64,000 nucleotides of DNA from Phoronis australis (taxonomy: Eukaryota; Animalia; Phoronida). The notes under the pieces were generated by a model. It worked only from the letters and a program-made list of their open reading frames with translations. It was not told the origin of the DNA and did not search any database. Below are positions 24,690 to 38,915 of this stretch, piece after piece; position 1 is the stretch's first letter; each line of letters starts with the position of its first letter. The stretch is taken from contig NMRA01000126.1 in NCBI GenBank assembly GCA_002633005.1, forward strand, positions 140,979-204,978. The letters are read 5' to 3'. Made by a program: the position numbers and the translations under genes.

Positions 24690-27565
24690 TCGATACCTCG
24701 GTGAATACCGAAATAGAACGATGTATTAAGTTGGAAACTGCAAAACCTGAACACATGAGCCACTTATGAATCGTGGTGGTGCAGACCGATTTCCACGTCA
24801 GAGGACGTGCTATTGCGTATCAGTATCCTCTGTAACTACACCGGGCAACTACTCACGGTTAGAATGGTAACGACGCTTGTCTGCCTAAAGAAACCGATCG
24901 CTGATACTCAATACGATCTTTTTGAATGAAAGCGTTTGTTTGTCATCACGGTGTCTTCAGTAAACTGGCATACGGTGCCCATGTATAATGAGTAACTGAA
25001 ATCCTTGTCGATAGGCAAAATTTTAAAACCATGACATATAATCGTATCACGCATTTGTGAGGAAACAATCTTATCAATGTCACAATGTAAAATGGATTGC
25101 TAATCATTTTTATCCCTTACGCGTTGAATCTGTCGAGGGAAATACTGCCATGTAATAAAGTTTTCCGTATTTACCTCCCGCACTGCTTCAACAATGACCT
25201 CTGACATGGAAAGTTCAAAAGGTAGGTCAATGAGTTGCAGACGATAAAATATTTAGCAAGTAAAAACTGAGACAGAACTGTCATACAATTTACAGTCCTG
25301 CTCCAGGTGTTATGATTGAGACCTGTTTGTATGCTGAGCGTTATTTACAATGCTATACTTGTATTACTTTAAACTATATTCGGAAAGTTTGGTGATCGAA
25401 CCGGCTAACGACGTCGAGTCGACATTGACTTACCTTTTGAACTTTCATGTCAGAGATCACTGTTGAAGTAGTGCGGGAGGTGAATACGGAAAACTTTATG
25501 GCATGGCCGTATTTCCCTCGACAGATTCAACGCGTATGGGATAAATACAAATTCGTTCTAGTAATGTATTTTTCACATATGCAGAATCGTGTCTTTAGTG
25601 CTTATTTGAAGTGGCATTCACACGCAAAACAAGCACCATTGTCTGTGACTTGATTATGTAACGGTATTTAAAGGATACTATCAAACCGACTCTATTTTAG
25701 ATTTTTTTCAAGCCAGTTTAACAGGGCGAATGCAACTTTAAATGGAACAACTTTAATTGTTTTAAATTCACTCGAGCCAACGGATTCCTAGTGTTTCCTT
25801 GCCACGTCGGTTTCCACGATCAAAGCAAATAGGGAGATCAGTCACGTGACGTGCCATGACTTCAAGGAGTCTCCTCCACCCAACAAAAATCCCAAAACGA
25901 GTTTTTCTCTGGTAAAACCAATAATATTCCTTGACCCTTAATTACATCGCAATTGCTTGACTTTATTAGTTAAAAGTCCTTACAGTACTATCTAAATTGT
26001 TTATTTTTCTTGACGTATCATATGACAAACAATTATTAACTATTCAAATAATGTGTACTTTGTACTCATTCTCTTCAGTCGATTCTAGGAACTTACCAGT
26101 ATATGTTGTTAATGTACCAGCGCACATTTTAATGTACCCCTACCGACGCAACTCGTCCTTGGTACTTTCTGGCACGAAATAACAGTTAATCGTAGACACA
26201 AAAAATAAGTCATGGAGATAATGTTATTCATATGAAAATATCAGAAACGTGCATCTGCTAGGCAAACAAAATTATTGTATTATGTAAAATGAAAGACGGC
26301 ATTATACAGCCGTTGCTCAGGCGACACTTGCTTATCGCAATGCAATCGTTTCGTTCAACGGCAAAGAATTCGAAACTATCATAGTTCAATTCTTGTGAAA
26401 TCAAGCAGCTACCATGAAAAGTTCCAATGTTTTTTTTTTTGTTAGCGACTTCATTCATATTGCAATGAACGAAATAAAAGACAGAAACTCTGAAAGCTTA
26501 GCTTATTTTCATTCACGTGTAGCTATCAGTTATTTACAAACAAATGCCATGATCAAGGTGTATCTTTTATCAAAGTTGCAAACTCACCTTTTTAGCAAAA
26601 ATGAATTTCCGTTGTAAAATGATTTTTTTTTGAAGCGGCAATAAACTAGTGTTCCGTCGAAGAAACTAACTTTTGATTTGGACAACTGATCGCTATCAAA
26701 ATTGGTATCAACTTGTTTCGTATTCATATAACAAGTGATTTCGGCTAATAAAATAACACAAGACAGCAAATAAAGTCTTGTCTCAAGAAATAATGAATTT
26801 TTACGTCTTTCCAAGTCCAGAAATATCATCTAGTTTGACCAAGGAATGATTTGAGACCAATTCGCAACGGTAAGTGGTCTAGATCCGGTAAAATTTGGGT
26901 TTTGACCCAGAGAGCGGGTTTACAGCCGGGGTCATGCAAAATTATAACCCCTCGACAATACACATACTATTTTGACAAATGTACAACAAAATTTAATATT
27001 TTGTCATGTTTACAGAATAGAGCATCAACACAGTTTGACTTTAACGTTTGGACTTGTTTTTGTGCGGATTCATTGGTCAACACTGACGAGCACTCTCGAA
27101 CAGTTTGACAAAACCAAGACATGTGCACCAAACTCCCAGACACTCTTTCACAAAATATATTAAACTGTGAAAACTCGACTTTAATCTTAAACAGAAATTC
27201 AATTTGCAAAAATTGTCTGTAGTACCATCAATAGTAGTAATGGTTTATTGTCAAAATTACGTAGAAGCGTACAAACTGAATAGGTAGTTGTATAAGCATA
27301 TTGGAAACCACTTTATTTTAATAGCAAACGTAAGTAATGTCACCAGTGGTCTGCCGTTTCATGAAAAGTGATTTACCAAAAGAATAGAAGACATAACTAA
27401 TTCTGAAAAATGATTAAATCTCACTTGAGCAAAAGCGCCGTCTCTGAGAATATACACACAACTGCTAGTTACTGACCAGATCTCTATAAACTATGTCTAG
27501 ATGCACTCATATTTTCATGGCTGAACTTTTATTCAGCAACTGTGAATTGGGAGCGTAAGACCAAA

Positions 27566-27753
27566 TTTATGTCTCAAGTCTGACGTCACATTTTATGTCT
27601 CAAGTCTTACGTCACATTTTATGTCTCAAGTCTTACGTCACATTTTATGTCTCAAGTCTTACGTCACATTTTATGTCTCAAGTCTTACGTCACATTTTAT
27701 GTCTCAAGTCTTACGTCACATTTTATGTCTCAAGTCTTACGTCACATTTTATG
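27566..27753. repeat. 26-bp minisatellite, about 7.2 copies
   Basis: (TTTATGTCTCAAGTCTTACGTCACAT)n, nearly perfect. Confidence 0.97.
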
Positions 27754-30700
27754 AAATGTACCTTAGTCCTTGGCCACATTAATCAGTGTTAACACTTTTG
27801 AAACAACAACAATCACAAAAGAAAAACACACACGATGATTCGCTTTATCCAGAAGGCTGAATGATCGGCTGAAAGAACAACACAACTGAGCCTGTAGTAA
27901 TTATTCGGGTATTGGTCAGAGACTGGTCACTTAGGTGACGGCGTTAGAATTACAATTTCAGGCAGGGCACAGAGACAAAGTGTTGGTTACAATAACTGTG
28001 CGTATATGTATAACGAGAGATGGTTAGCATTCAGTGAAAAGTGAGCGGTGGTCATATATTGCCAGTCATTCATTCAAAGGACGCCAAGATTATTTAAAAT
28101 CGATACAGTGCAAAGAAATTGAATTATATATAATTACAAATGAAATTAAGACATAAATTAATTAGAAGGAAAAAATAGAAAAAAATATACAAAACTTAAG
28201 CAAATATCGACAATAGATTCACGTTCTTCTTTAGTATATAATAGAAAATAACATAATTTTCTAAACACAGTGATACATTTTGTTTTCATTACATTTACAC
28301 AAGTACTATAGACTATATTCCTGAAAAGTGTCAAGCATTGGTGGAGAAAATCGTTATACGAAGGACGCACACCCTTTGTGTGCCCGTTCTTTTCCCTGTT
28401 ATTGACATTAAACTAAATTCTGCGTGTCTGAGTCTTGACAAGCTAGATAACCGAACAAAGTTTTCAACGATACATAATATTTCAATCGAGATGGTGTTTA
28501 ACAATACCGAGACTACTCTGAGACAACAATTCTCCACCCCAGTGTTTTTATTCCATATCTTTACACCTATTTTTAATTCATTTACAAAATTCTCATCAGC
28601 TACTAGTTGATTACAGTAATCCACACATTCTCAAAGTCATTTGAGTACAAAACGCATTTCATTTTTAAATCACAGACATCTATGCCATTTTCAACGAGTT
28701 CAAGCTGCAACGTGCAAAATGTTTTTGACGTAACAACATGTATTTTTGGTAACTTAACAATGACAAGTATTTAATTTTACAAGTTAGTCTACCACCACGC
28801 AATGGCAATCTTTCTAATTCCCATAATGGATGTTTGTATTGAAAGACCTTACAAAATGTCCAAATATCGACATAGGCAATGTTCGTCAAAATAAGTTGCG
28901 TTAAGTAAATTACTTACATTCACAAGCATTCAAATGTGAAAAATATACAAGAGAAGTGCATTGCATGTAATATATATTGATGTACTAAATATCAAAATTC
29001 TAAATTGAACATATTTATCATATACTAATGAAAACAGCTTGTAAATGTATGTAACCACTACTATTTCTCAGTGTTCAGAGTAATATTATCTAACGTTAAC
29101 CGTTTAATACGAATGATGTAAATGTCAGAACGTGTTTCAAGCGCCGAACGCGGGAGGCTGAACATGTAGTCCATTAGTGAAGGAAAAATGCAATGATAAG
29201 GCAACCTTGGCCTTAATGACGCTAAATAGAGTCTGGGTTTGAGACTATGAACAGCATGATCCAACCGATGAAAAGTGTAAGGTAGAGTGACAGGCATACT
29301 GAAACGGACAAATTATTCCTGGTTAAATGATTCACATTACAGCGAAAAATGCGGATGCGCATACTCAGGGTCCGGTAAAACAAAAGTTATTTAACAGGAT
29401 TATCGTTAGCAGTGTGACTTAATCAGTCGACTGGCGAGGCTTTTCCTTAAACCGAAACATTATTAAGTAAAAGTTCCAGTTTCATTTATCGAAGTTGTAC
29501 TTTATTTGCCGTGTGTGATATCACGTTTGCCCTTACACCAACCAAGAAATTGAACTAAACGTGATCAAATGTTTTGCTTTGGAATCATTCTTCGTGAATG
29601 ACGACACACGTGAGTCTAAGGCGATCGCGGATAAATGTTTTCTATAAATTAGCAGATTACCACAGCCTCACCAGGAAACTGAAGAAATACTTCGCGACTT
29701 TTACAGCCCCCACATTCGCGATCGGTAGAAATCTTGGAATAGTAATTTCCGCTATACGCAAGCGCCATACGTCCTAACCAGTAAATCGGTGAATTAAAAA
29801 GTTATGACATCGTTTTGGCAACGCAGACTCGAGCGCCGATTTTTGTGTTGTTTCCTGTTGTTCCTGTTTGGAAGCTTTACAGGGATTCGTACTGCGCGGG
29901 GACGGTCGTGTTTCACACGGAGGATCCCGCAGAGCTCCATTAAGAATTTCTGACAAAGGGGCACGGAAATTTGCCTGTTAATTTAACCTGGTAAAAATCC
30001 TTCACCCAAGCTTTTTGTTGAGTAGAACACTACACTAACGTCTGCCCAAGAAATCGTTGATCGAGAAATTAGAGCATCCACGACCTTTTTTTTCAAACAA
30101 TGCATTGGACCACGCATATTACGGCGTTTTTGTTAATTTTCATACTTTAATATTTTCAACAGTGGCACAGTCGATAGCCTGACGTATTCTATAGAGGGGC
30201 CAAAACATTTACTTTCAAGTAGGCTTGTAATTACCCAAGACTACCGTAAGGCCAAAGTAACATTTAAATCGCCAAAAACAACTCAAAATATTAACCTGAG
30301 CCTGTGTATACAGTTACTTATACACGGCACTGCAACACTATTACACTGCAATAAACCAATTGATACGAGGTCCTTCAGCGTTACATAATGTATAGGGTCC
30401 CCGGCACACTGCGAGAAGCAGTCCCAACTGTATGTATCCTAAATTTCCAGCGCATCTGTGGACTTTGAGCAGACAGTTAGCTCTACAGCAAGACTACTGA
30501 AATTCTTCGTTGGATTCTAAATAATACCAAAGAAACAATCTCATATTGGTTGCTAGGTTCATGCAGGGACCTTACTATGTCCGTGGTTTAGTTTCGTTGC
30601 AAAAAGGGCTCAGTTTTCAGATGTATTAATAAAAAATATAACGAGTATGAAAGAGGAGCTCAGAATAAAGATAAAGTAATGGCAACATTATATGGTAACA

Positions 30701-31348
30701 CCGGCTGAGTAAATTAAGTCCAAAAATGTGCTGAAAATTTAGGGAGCCTAGTCGAGTCCCATTGCGAATTGCTCCAGTGCAGTGAGCTACATGTAAGTGC
30801 AACCAGCCAACACTCTCTCAAAAGCAATCCCCGGAGACTAGAGAGTTCCAGAGTGTCACCGAGGAAGACGCCAGGGAAGGCAAACTGAAAGAATGCATGG
30901 TCAGCGGACTTGAGTGCATGGTTATTAGACAAGCACTCGCATTCTAAGTTCCCATTCGCAACCCATTCAACGTACATAACAGAATAATCCTCATTCTGAC
31001 AATGCATACGTCTACTGTTTGCTGACAGAGGAAACCGTGACAACGGATACATTATGGTTGCGAAGGCATTCACGGCTTGATCAACAGTAAGCTCATCAAG
31101 TTTGATTTCAAAGTGACTGTTTACCAACGTCGACACCAGACGACCATGAAGTGGCACGCTTTTCATAGTGTACGAAAAAACGCTCGGTATTACATAGAAA
31201 AATGTCAAACCGTTTGTATTTCTTATTATTCCAGTGACACCTTATCAAACTGCCCTTGGCGGTACAGTAACCAGAAAAATTCTCTACACACAGCTGTTAC
31301 AAACAATGAACAAATAAGTGTTGAGACTGAAGTACATCGATGAAATGA

Positions 31349-32356
31349 TCAGAATTGCGAAGACATGGTCGTTGACGCCACTTGCGAATTCTTTCCTTCA
31401 CTGGTGCCGCATGACTTCACGTACAACAGTATTTCACGGAGGCGACTATAAAATCTCCTGCTGCGACTCACATACAGAATTGGGTCTATTACAGGATTCA
31501 GTCTGTATCCGATTCCACACACGAGAGCACCAATTTTCAATGCCCTGTTGTCAAATAATCTCTGTACATCTCGAGGGATGGTCATAATAAGGATTGTGAC
31601 TGGAATATAGCAAATAGCAAACGACGAGGTGATCAACAGTGACGTGACAGCACTTTTCATCGAACCTCGCGAGAGAAGTCTCTGATGAATTCGGATTTTG
31701 CGGAACATGAAGACATAGATAGCGATAAGGATGGCGAAGAACAACAACATGAAACCATGTACTACGTGGTACACGCGAACAACCCAGACGTTGTCGAAGA
31801 AAAGAAAAAACCACCTGGTTGTCACAGGATACCCCAAATTTAAGAAAAGAGGTGCAAATCCAAACACGAATGCCAGAGACCAAACAATAGTTACGGCAAT
31901 AAAGGCACGGACTTTGGTGACTACGTGTGCATACTCAAGTGGTTTCGTGACCGCCACAAGACGGTCCAAAGTAATCGTAATAGAGACAAAAAATGTCGAA
32001 TACTGCATCACATCGCCGACGCACATGGATACCAAAACGAAGTAAAAGTGGGAAGACCGCGGGAGGGTTGCGTTGACTTTCGCCGTAAGGCAGTCGACAT
32101 TGAAGCCCCAAATATATATGATGTCAAACACCGGCGCCGCAAGATCCGATACAGCCAGACTCGTCAAAACAACCAGTGCAGGTTTTTTGTACTTGACAGA
32201 AACCAATATGGACAAGGCAAAAACGTTCATTGTCAATCCAACACAGTTGAGCGAAGTAAATAAGATATTGTAGATGGTACATAGGTTCGTTGAAGACGCA
32301 TTCCCCAAGATTTCATGGCAATTGTACTCTGTTATGTTTGAAGCCTGGTCCTCCAT
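31349..32356 (-). CDS. Class A GPCR, 335 aa (start MEDQASN)
   Basis: SLAVSDL, LDRLVAVTKPLEY, FAICYIP, RLNPVIDPILY; the ATG directly follows a splice acceptor (TTTCTGTGTTAG|GATG), so the longer ORF-track start is probably intronic. Confidence 0.95.
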   Translation of the reverse strand: MEDQASNITEYNCHEILGNASSTNLCTIYNILFTSLNCVGLTMNVFALSILVSVKYKKPALVVLTSLAVSDLAAPVFDIIYIWGFNVDCLTAKVNATLPRSSHFYFVLVSMCVGDVMQYSTFFVSITITLDRLVAVTKPLEYAHVVTKVRAFIAVTIVWSLAFVFGFAPLFLNLGYPVTTRWFFLFFDNVWVVRVYHVVHGFMLLFFAILIAIYVFMFRKIRIHQRLLSRGSMKSAVTSLLITSSFAICYIPVTILIMTIPRDVQRLFDNRALKIGALVCGIGYRLNPVIDPILYVSRSRRFYSRLREILLYVKSCGTSEGKNSQVASTTMSSQF

Positions 32357-32924
32357 CCTAACACAGAAAGTAATTGTGTTAATGTCGTGCAAAATTCTAG
32401 TACATTTCTCAATGATTAAAAAACAAAAATGTTGCTTTTGCGTTTTTAACCCTTTCGTAAACAAACGTGTACACCGCAAACAAAGCTGTTTCGTATAACT
32501 GCTACATTAAAAAAACGGAACTTTGGTAGAGATAAACACATGGGCAAACGTGGCTATTGTAGAGACAGCCAAAGCACAGACATCACAAGAACTGAAACTT
32601 TGTTTCAACATTTTAGAAAATTTAAGTCTTTCTGGTCAAACACCAACAATTAGCACAAAACTTAAACCTGATTATCCCACTCCTAGAAACTGCCTATCAG
32701 AACGTGTCCTTTATCCCTAAGTCGACTCTCAGTATAGCGGAGCATGGCATTATAATTACATTATTCTTCGGTAACGCGCATTCAAATTTTTTACAAACAA
32801 ACGTGAATGCAACTTAGGAACTAAGTACAACATCTGACACTCGAACAAAAGTCAACAACGTACATTACACTTTCCAAAAGTTATCTTATAGAGATACAAT
32901 ACACTGAGTAGATATTAATATATT

Positions 32925-32935
32925 ACTCACTTGTA
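32925..32935 (-). promoter_or_regulatory. Candidate splice donor of a non-coding first exon of the GPCR
   Basis: A|GTGAGTAAT on the minus strand, conserved in copy 2 at about 50444-50452. Confidence 0.5.
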
Positions 32936-35900
32936 ACTTGAACTCAGAGAATCTTAATAATATCGAGGCCTGCTGTTTTCACCGACGTGGCCGAAACAGA
33001 TTGTTGCTTCGATGAAACGTTTGAAGACTCAATCGAAAACTAGTGCTTTTCTATTTGATAAAACTCGAGTAACTGAATAAGGTTCCTTTATGAAAGCGCA
33101 TATATTCTCTTCACGAGGAAATGCGTCAAGTTTTATCGTGTCAACGTCCTTGAAATGTGTCTCAGATACTAAGAGACGATCAAATAGACATGTATACCAT
33201 TATATGTCGTATTTACACAAGGGAAATCGTGCTACCATAATGCAGCGTTTATATTGTTTGAGGCAAACGAATACTTAGTTGCATTCAACGAAAGAAAGCG
33301 ACATCTAAACCGATTTTGCGCCGTTCTAAGCACCATCGAGAATTAATTTAAAACTATCATAACCAGCCACAATTTTATGCAAGAGCAACGCAAAGCAACA
33401 TAACAAATCATGTAGGACGTTATTGACAAGCCTGTGCAAATTAACCAAATATCTACAGAACTATTATAAGAACAAGATCCCTAAAAGCATAGATTTTTCG
33501 AAGGTAGATTGCCTCTAGAATTTGATTTTTAAATTTATACCAATTTTACGTTAACTTTGACCATGTCATTTCAATAAAATTTATCAAAAAAGAAATGTAT
33601 GTTCATAGAAAAACAACGGTATCAATACTCAAGTTCGAGTCTTTTAAAAGATCAATTCATTTTGTTTTTTTTTCATCAAAATAACTGTAGGTCCTATATT
33701 TGACTGCCGCTCACGGAAAAGTGGGACAATTTAAAAACAATTCATGAAAGAATTTTGGAGAATGGTACATAAAGCATAGTATGCGAAAGTTTCATCGGAA
33801 TCAGATCAGCCAATTTTGAAATGTGATGTTCGAAGGTTGTCCAAATTTGGAAAACTTTCTACGGTCCTTCATCGTACATAACCTTAAAATAGCCCCTAGG
33901 GATCGCAAAACAAGCCAGCAATACTCCCGTCATGGTTCTACAAACATTTCGGCCGATAGTAAGGCGGACACCAGACCACTAGGGGCCAAAACGCGAGTCA
34001 AATCTGTTTGCACCCGGGCAACCTGCTTGCTGCCGTCTCCGTGTTAATGACCAACGACAAAAAAGAGAAAAATATTACAGGTGATGTGTCGTTTCACAAA
34101 TAAATAAGCTTGTGTGTTTGAAATGTTTTGTGTGTTGTAACATGTAAGTGAAATGAACGTTTTTGCTCGAATAAAGTCGAAATAATGATAAATTGAAACG
34201 AAAAGAGGGGACACTAGAAATCAAACGAAAGGAAATCGAAACCAAAAGAGAGGAAAATTCCACCCCCTGTTATTTGCCAACGTTCACGAAACTTTCACCA
34301 AGGAACTGTGTCAACATCAAAATTGCCACAATAGTAGCACAAATCCGAACATCATCGTTCGCGGTGCTCTTCTCAGTAGGAACATATGAATGGCTAGATT
34401 TTATAACGATCATTTGAGTGACTTGACCGATAGAGAAGCAGACGCCAAAACCGAATCGAAAATAATACTTTGCAAGAGCCATTCCATGGCATGCACTACG
34501 TCAAATCCGTCTCCTTAGTAGCAGTTTGGCACGGCAAATTTCATTCAGAGAAAAGCGTGAAAAATAAAATGTCAGGGGGCACAGCAATAGTCTGATCAGC
34601 CCGAAAGTCGTCGGTCGTTATCCATTGTTACGTTTTTATGAATACAACTTACCTGCAAAATTACACAAAGATGTTGTAAGAGGTTTAGGAAATAAAGCCA
34701 GGGACGCAAATCACAAAATTACTACTAGGGAGATCCATGGTAGACGGAGCCGTCCAAAAATTAAAGTCAGCGTACTCTCTGATGTTTCAAGCATAAACAT
34801 TTTTTAGCACCGGGTTTTGCGGATGAGTAAAAATGATCACTGGCTGGCATGCGCGAAATAATTTGAATCCACCTGAAAACGGTAGGCGTCGTCTTCTACT
34901 TAAAATATACGTTTTTGCCAAATTTCACAGTTGAAATAGGTCAAGGCACGCCACAGATAAAGAAACTTACAACACTAAATTGGCCCTGGGGGGCACAGTG
35001 GCAGTCGGTTACATCAGAGAATCGTTTTAACCTGTTGCAACATTCATAGAAAAACAATTTCACAAAGATTCCGGAAGTAGTTTAGGTGATACAACCGGGA
35101 ATGCAAAAAACAAAATTGCGAATGAACAATGACAAAAAAGAGGAAAACATTCCAGGAGACTTGTTTCATTTCACAAATAAATAGGCTCGTGATGCAAAAT
35201 TTTACAGAAATAAAACGCTTTTGAATGAATAAAGCCAAAATAATGACAAAAAAGAGTGAAACAAGAGGAAACTGGATATCAGAAAAGAGTTAATCGAAAC
35301 AAAAAAGAGGAAATCCTCTTGAAAGAGGAACATTCCAAGCCCTGATGAAAATTGATCCTGCACATGCGAATCTGTCCCGGTACGTAATGAATGAAATGCG
35401 GCATCCATGAGAACAGAATTTTGTTCATGAGAAAAGCACGCTAGCGGCAAATGAGAATACCTACATGTATAAGTAAGTGGTCCGCCAGACTCGAAGTTTC
35501 AATACTGCGCAGAATTCCAATAAGTTCATAAGTTTTCATTCAATATGGCTGACAATCATAGGCCTACCCCACTTCATTCATAGTTTCGAGATTCCAAATT
35601 GAAACACGACCCAAGAACGACTGCAAAGTACGCTGGAAACGATTGAAAGTCAAGGGTTTTGTCAACTTTTGTAAGAAATCCCAGGGCAAATAACGATTTA
35701 GATAACCCTCAATATCACATCGCGTTGTTGTAAGTGTAAAATTATAAGGCTAAAATAATTAAAATTTTCTAACTGGATTATCTTTTACACGCAGGATTCT
35801 TGCACAAAAATAATGTTAAAATTTCGATGTCACATTCGCGATAAACAATCCAGTAAACAGCCTATGATAGATATTTTAATTCCACTTTAAAAACACTAGT

Positions 35901-36934
35901 AACATAGATAATTAAGGCATGTGCCATAAAAAAACTTATTTCGAACACGGATGTTGAACTATAGTTTAAACGTTGACCCGATCGTATTATTTACGAGTTT
36001 TCACTTCAAGACGGAATAAGTACATGAATTAGACTTCCTTTGAAAGTAGAATGCTTTCGATGCACGTGATCGTGTTTGGGACAGAAAACTAAGGAAATGT
36101 GCCTCGATTTTCTAATTGCGACTAGCGACCGGACTGCCGTGTGCTTGCCTACATACATGTAGCTGTGCTTCACAAGAATGGCCGTGGTACTGCAAGGGCA
36201 AATAGCACTTGGCTCAGCAGACCCAAAGTTTTTATGGGGTAAATTTAGTTCTAGGCCCAGGATATAACCTTCGAAATCAGACTCGACGCTTAAGCTATCC
36301 CACCGAAATTCTATTGTGTATTAAACATTTTCAGGCGAGTACAGGTATATTCGTCTTTGGGTAAAATCTTGATGTTTCGCCGGTACTCACCTAAAGAAGC
36401 TTTAAAGCCAATTTCACTGGAACGTTCTTTACAGTGATCTCTGTGGCTATTGAAGGCATCTTCGAAGCAACATTAAATCCCTGCTTTCTTTCAAAAACAA
36501 GTTTTGATTTAGGTCGCTTACTGTCATGTCAGTTAAAAAGTCACCTCATGGGCTAAGTAACAACTGTCTGTTCCTTTTTTCTTCAAAACAATCTCAAGAT
36601 TAACTTCATGTCACGCCTGCAATCACCTGTAAAGTGACTAAGGAACAACTTCATATCAACTTCATAACCTTAAACAGTCTAAGTACATAGTTTTTTTACC
36701 TGTTTTTGTCATGAGTATAGCTGCTTCAAATTATTAACATTACTGTGGCCAATAGACCTTAGTCTGTTGCGGTTACAAGATAGCAAGTTTCATTGATCAT
36801 TTATTATGAATAGACAGGAGGTATTACATAAAAACGCAATTTTTATTTTAATTAGCTTGAGGAAGAAGTACAACTTGGCAAAGGAACACCTGACAACAAC
36901 AACGCTACAGAACAAAGAACAAGGTACCTAAACT

Positions 36935-37130
36935 ACACGGTCAACGGACTCATAAACACTGGCACGGACGCATGAACACGACTCACGGACCTGCAAACAC
37001 CGTCCACTGACTCACAAACACGGGAACGGACTCACAAAACACGATCCACGCACCCAAATACACGGGACACGGACTCATATTCACGAGGAAACACGGTTAA
37101 CGGACTGCCAAACACGGGTCACGAACTCAT
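36935..37130. repeat. Degenerate short-period tandem repeat (ACACGG...ACGGACTCACAA), copy-1-specific
   Basis: Roughly 21-bp units; absent from the equivalent site in copy 2. Confidence 0.8.
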
Positions 37131-37622
37131 CGGCTTTTTGGGTCAGCTGACATCTTCATTATGTCCGTGACCACACCTTTTAAAAGTCTTACGGTAACCT
37201 AGTCATGTACTCCATTTGAAGACGTCACCTAAACTTTTAGTTATTTTCCACATCAAAAGTTGCTACCACTGCCCCCAAACAACATAGCCCCATTTGTGAA
37301 AGTTGTAACACCTTACAAAATTTCTGGGGCTTCTTCGATTTTACTTGTACCTAAAAAAGGTGGATAAAGAAATTTAATAAGAATAGCAAATTTTTTTGTC
37401 TTTGTTCAGTGACCAGTTTGAGTTAGGAGAGTACACCAGAACACTTATTCGAGAGACTACAGTACAAGACAAAAGTAATAAGACAAAATACGATTTCTCC
37501 TTCACGTCGACTAATTCTGTTAACAGCAAAAACAACTAGTAATATCCATAAGGACGTACAAAATACCTTAGCCACCTTACTACCTTTGTCAATTCCACTC
37601 CATTCTTGATAATTTGGGAAGA

Positions 37623-37705
37623 CTACTCCGACAATGAAGTCGGCTTCCACCCAGCAATCATGACAGGGAATTCTGGGTCATTTTGTATGATTCTTTTAGC
37701 TTGTA
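37623..37705 (-). pseudogene. Duplicated orphan copy of the putative TMC terminal exon
   Basis: VQAKRIIQNDPEFPVMIAGWKPTSLSE*, with acceptor ATGCAG| intact; paralog of 58491-58573. Confidence 0.55.
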
Positions 37706-38715
37706 CTGCATATGGTTAACTCGGCGAATAGCAAACACTCTATGAACAAGAATTGTTTCATTCGTCATTTCACAAACGACATTGATTCATAATTGTCACA
37801 ATCGGAGCAGGTGACTAGTTCATTGTTCAGATGGAAATTTATGAAGAACAACACTTTGCCATGCAGGAATGCATAGACACCAAGCTAAATAACTAAATCC
37901 AGACATGATTACCAAACTCACCACGGTTAGCACCCATGGCTTTTGATTGAAATTTTTGTAAGGTTAAACGCACTTAGTTTGAGGTTTCTTTATTTCATAT
38001 TCAGAGAGTTCAAAGGTCAACCGAGTCAGACCCCAAACTGAGAACACCCTCAACGTAAACACTATTTCGGGTTCTAGCGACTGGCTCAATGAAACCGACG
38101 TCTTGTCAGCCGAACGTTTCAAAACTCAAAGAAAAAACGACCCTAGCGGCAAAACAGGATCAAACCAAAGCTAGCGCCATCTATAATCTGCACAATAACT
38201 AACGGGGAACCGTACAAATTTGATTGACAAGAGCAACACAGAGCGTTCACATGCGCTCACTGTGTGCATTGGAAATCAATCAAGTGGTGCTCATTTTCTA
38301 AAATATTTCCACGGTAGATGCATCCATTCTAAAGAGCACCACTTATACTTTCCATGTTACGAACACTTAGATTAAAGTTCATAAAAATCCATTAGGAGCT
38401 TAGTTGATACGAAGGCAGACAAAATGATAATTCATCACAAGGCAATGACAGCAGTCAGATAAGTCCCAAGTCAACTCCAGCCATGCTATCCTCAATAAAA
38501 ACACATGTGCCAAAAATCATAAAGTTCCAGCAAGGAACTTAATTGTTAGATATTGAGAGACACAAATAAATCAAAATTGCCAATACAATAGCAGTAGTCA
38601 AACCTGCCTGGAACCAATGTCAGTCCTACTCTCCTCATCACGATCTCATATTCCCAACTTTGTGTAAACATCCATACAAGAAGTCAGTAGATATCGAGGT
38701 ACACGTAAAGCAAAC

Positions 38716-38915
38716 TAAAACTCCAATAGGCCGGCGCAACACTACATCTCTCTAAAACTCCACTAGGCCGGCGCAACACTTCATATCTCTAAAACTCCAT
38801 TAGGCCGGCGTAACACCACATCTCTCTAAAAAACTCCACTAGGAGTGCGCAACACTACATGTACATCTCTCTAAAACTCCACTAGGCCGGCGCAACACCA
38901 CATCTCCCCAAAACT
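38716..38915. repeat. 37-bp tandem repeat x5 inside a Helentron-like element that starts near 38227
   Basis: TAAAACTCCACTAGGCCGGCGCAACACTACATCTCTC units; 3 units at 59324-59440 in copy 2. Confidence 0.9.

Noticed and set aside
27566-27753. CRISPR array
   Set aside because: Head-to-tail identical units with no spacers, eukaryotic context, no cas genes
32357-32479. 41-aa N-terminal extension of the GPCR in the ORF track
   Set aside because: Non-ATG start, lies upstream of a splice acceptor, and is not kept open in the paralog
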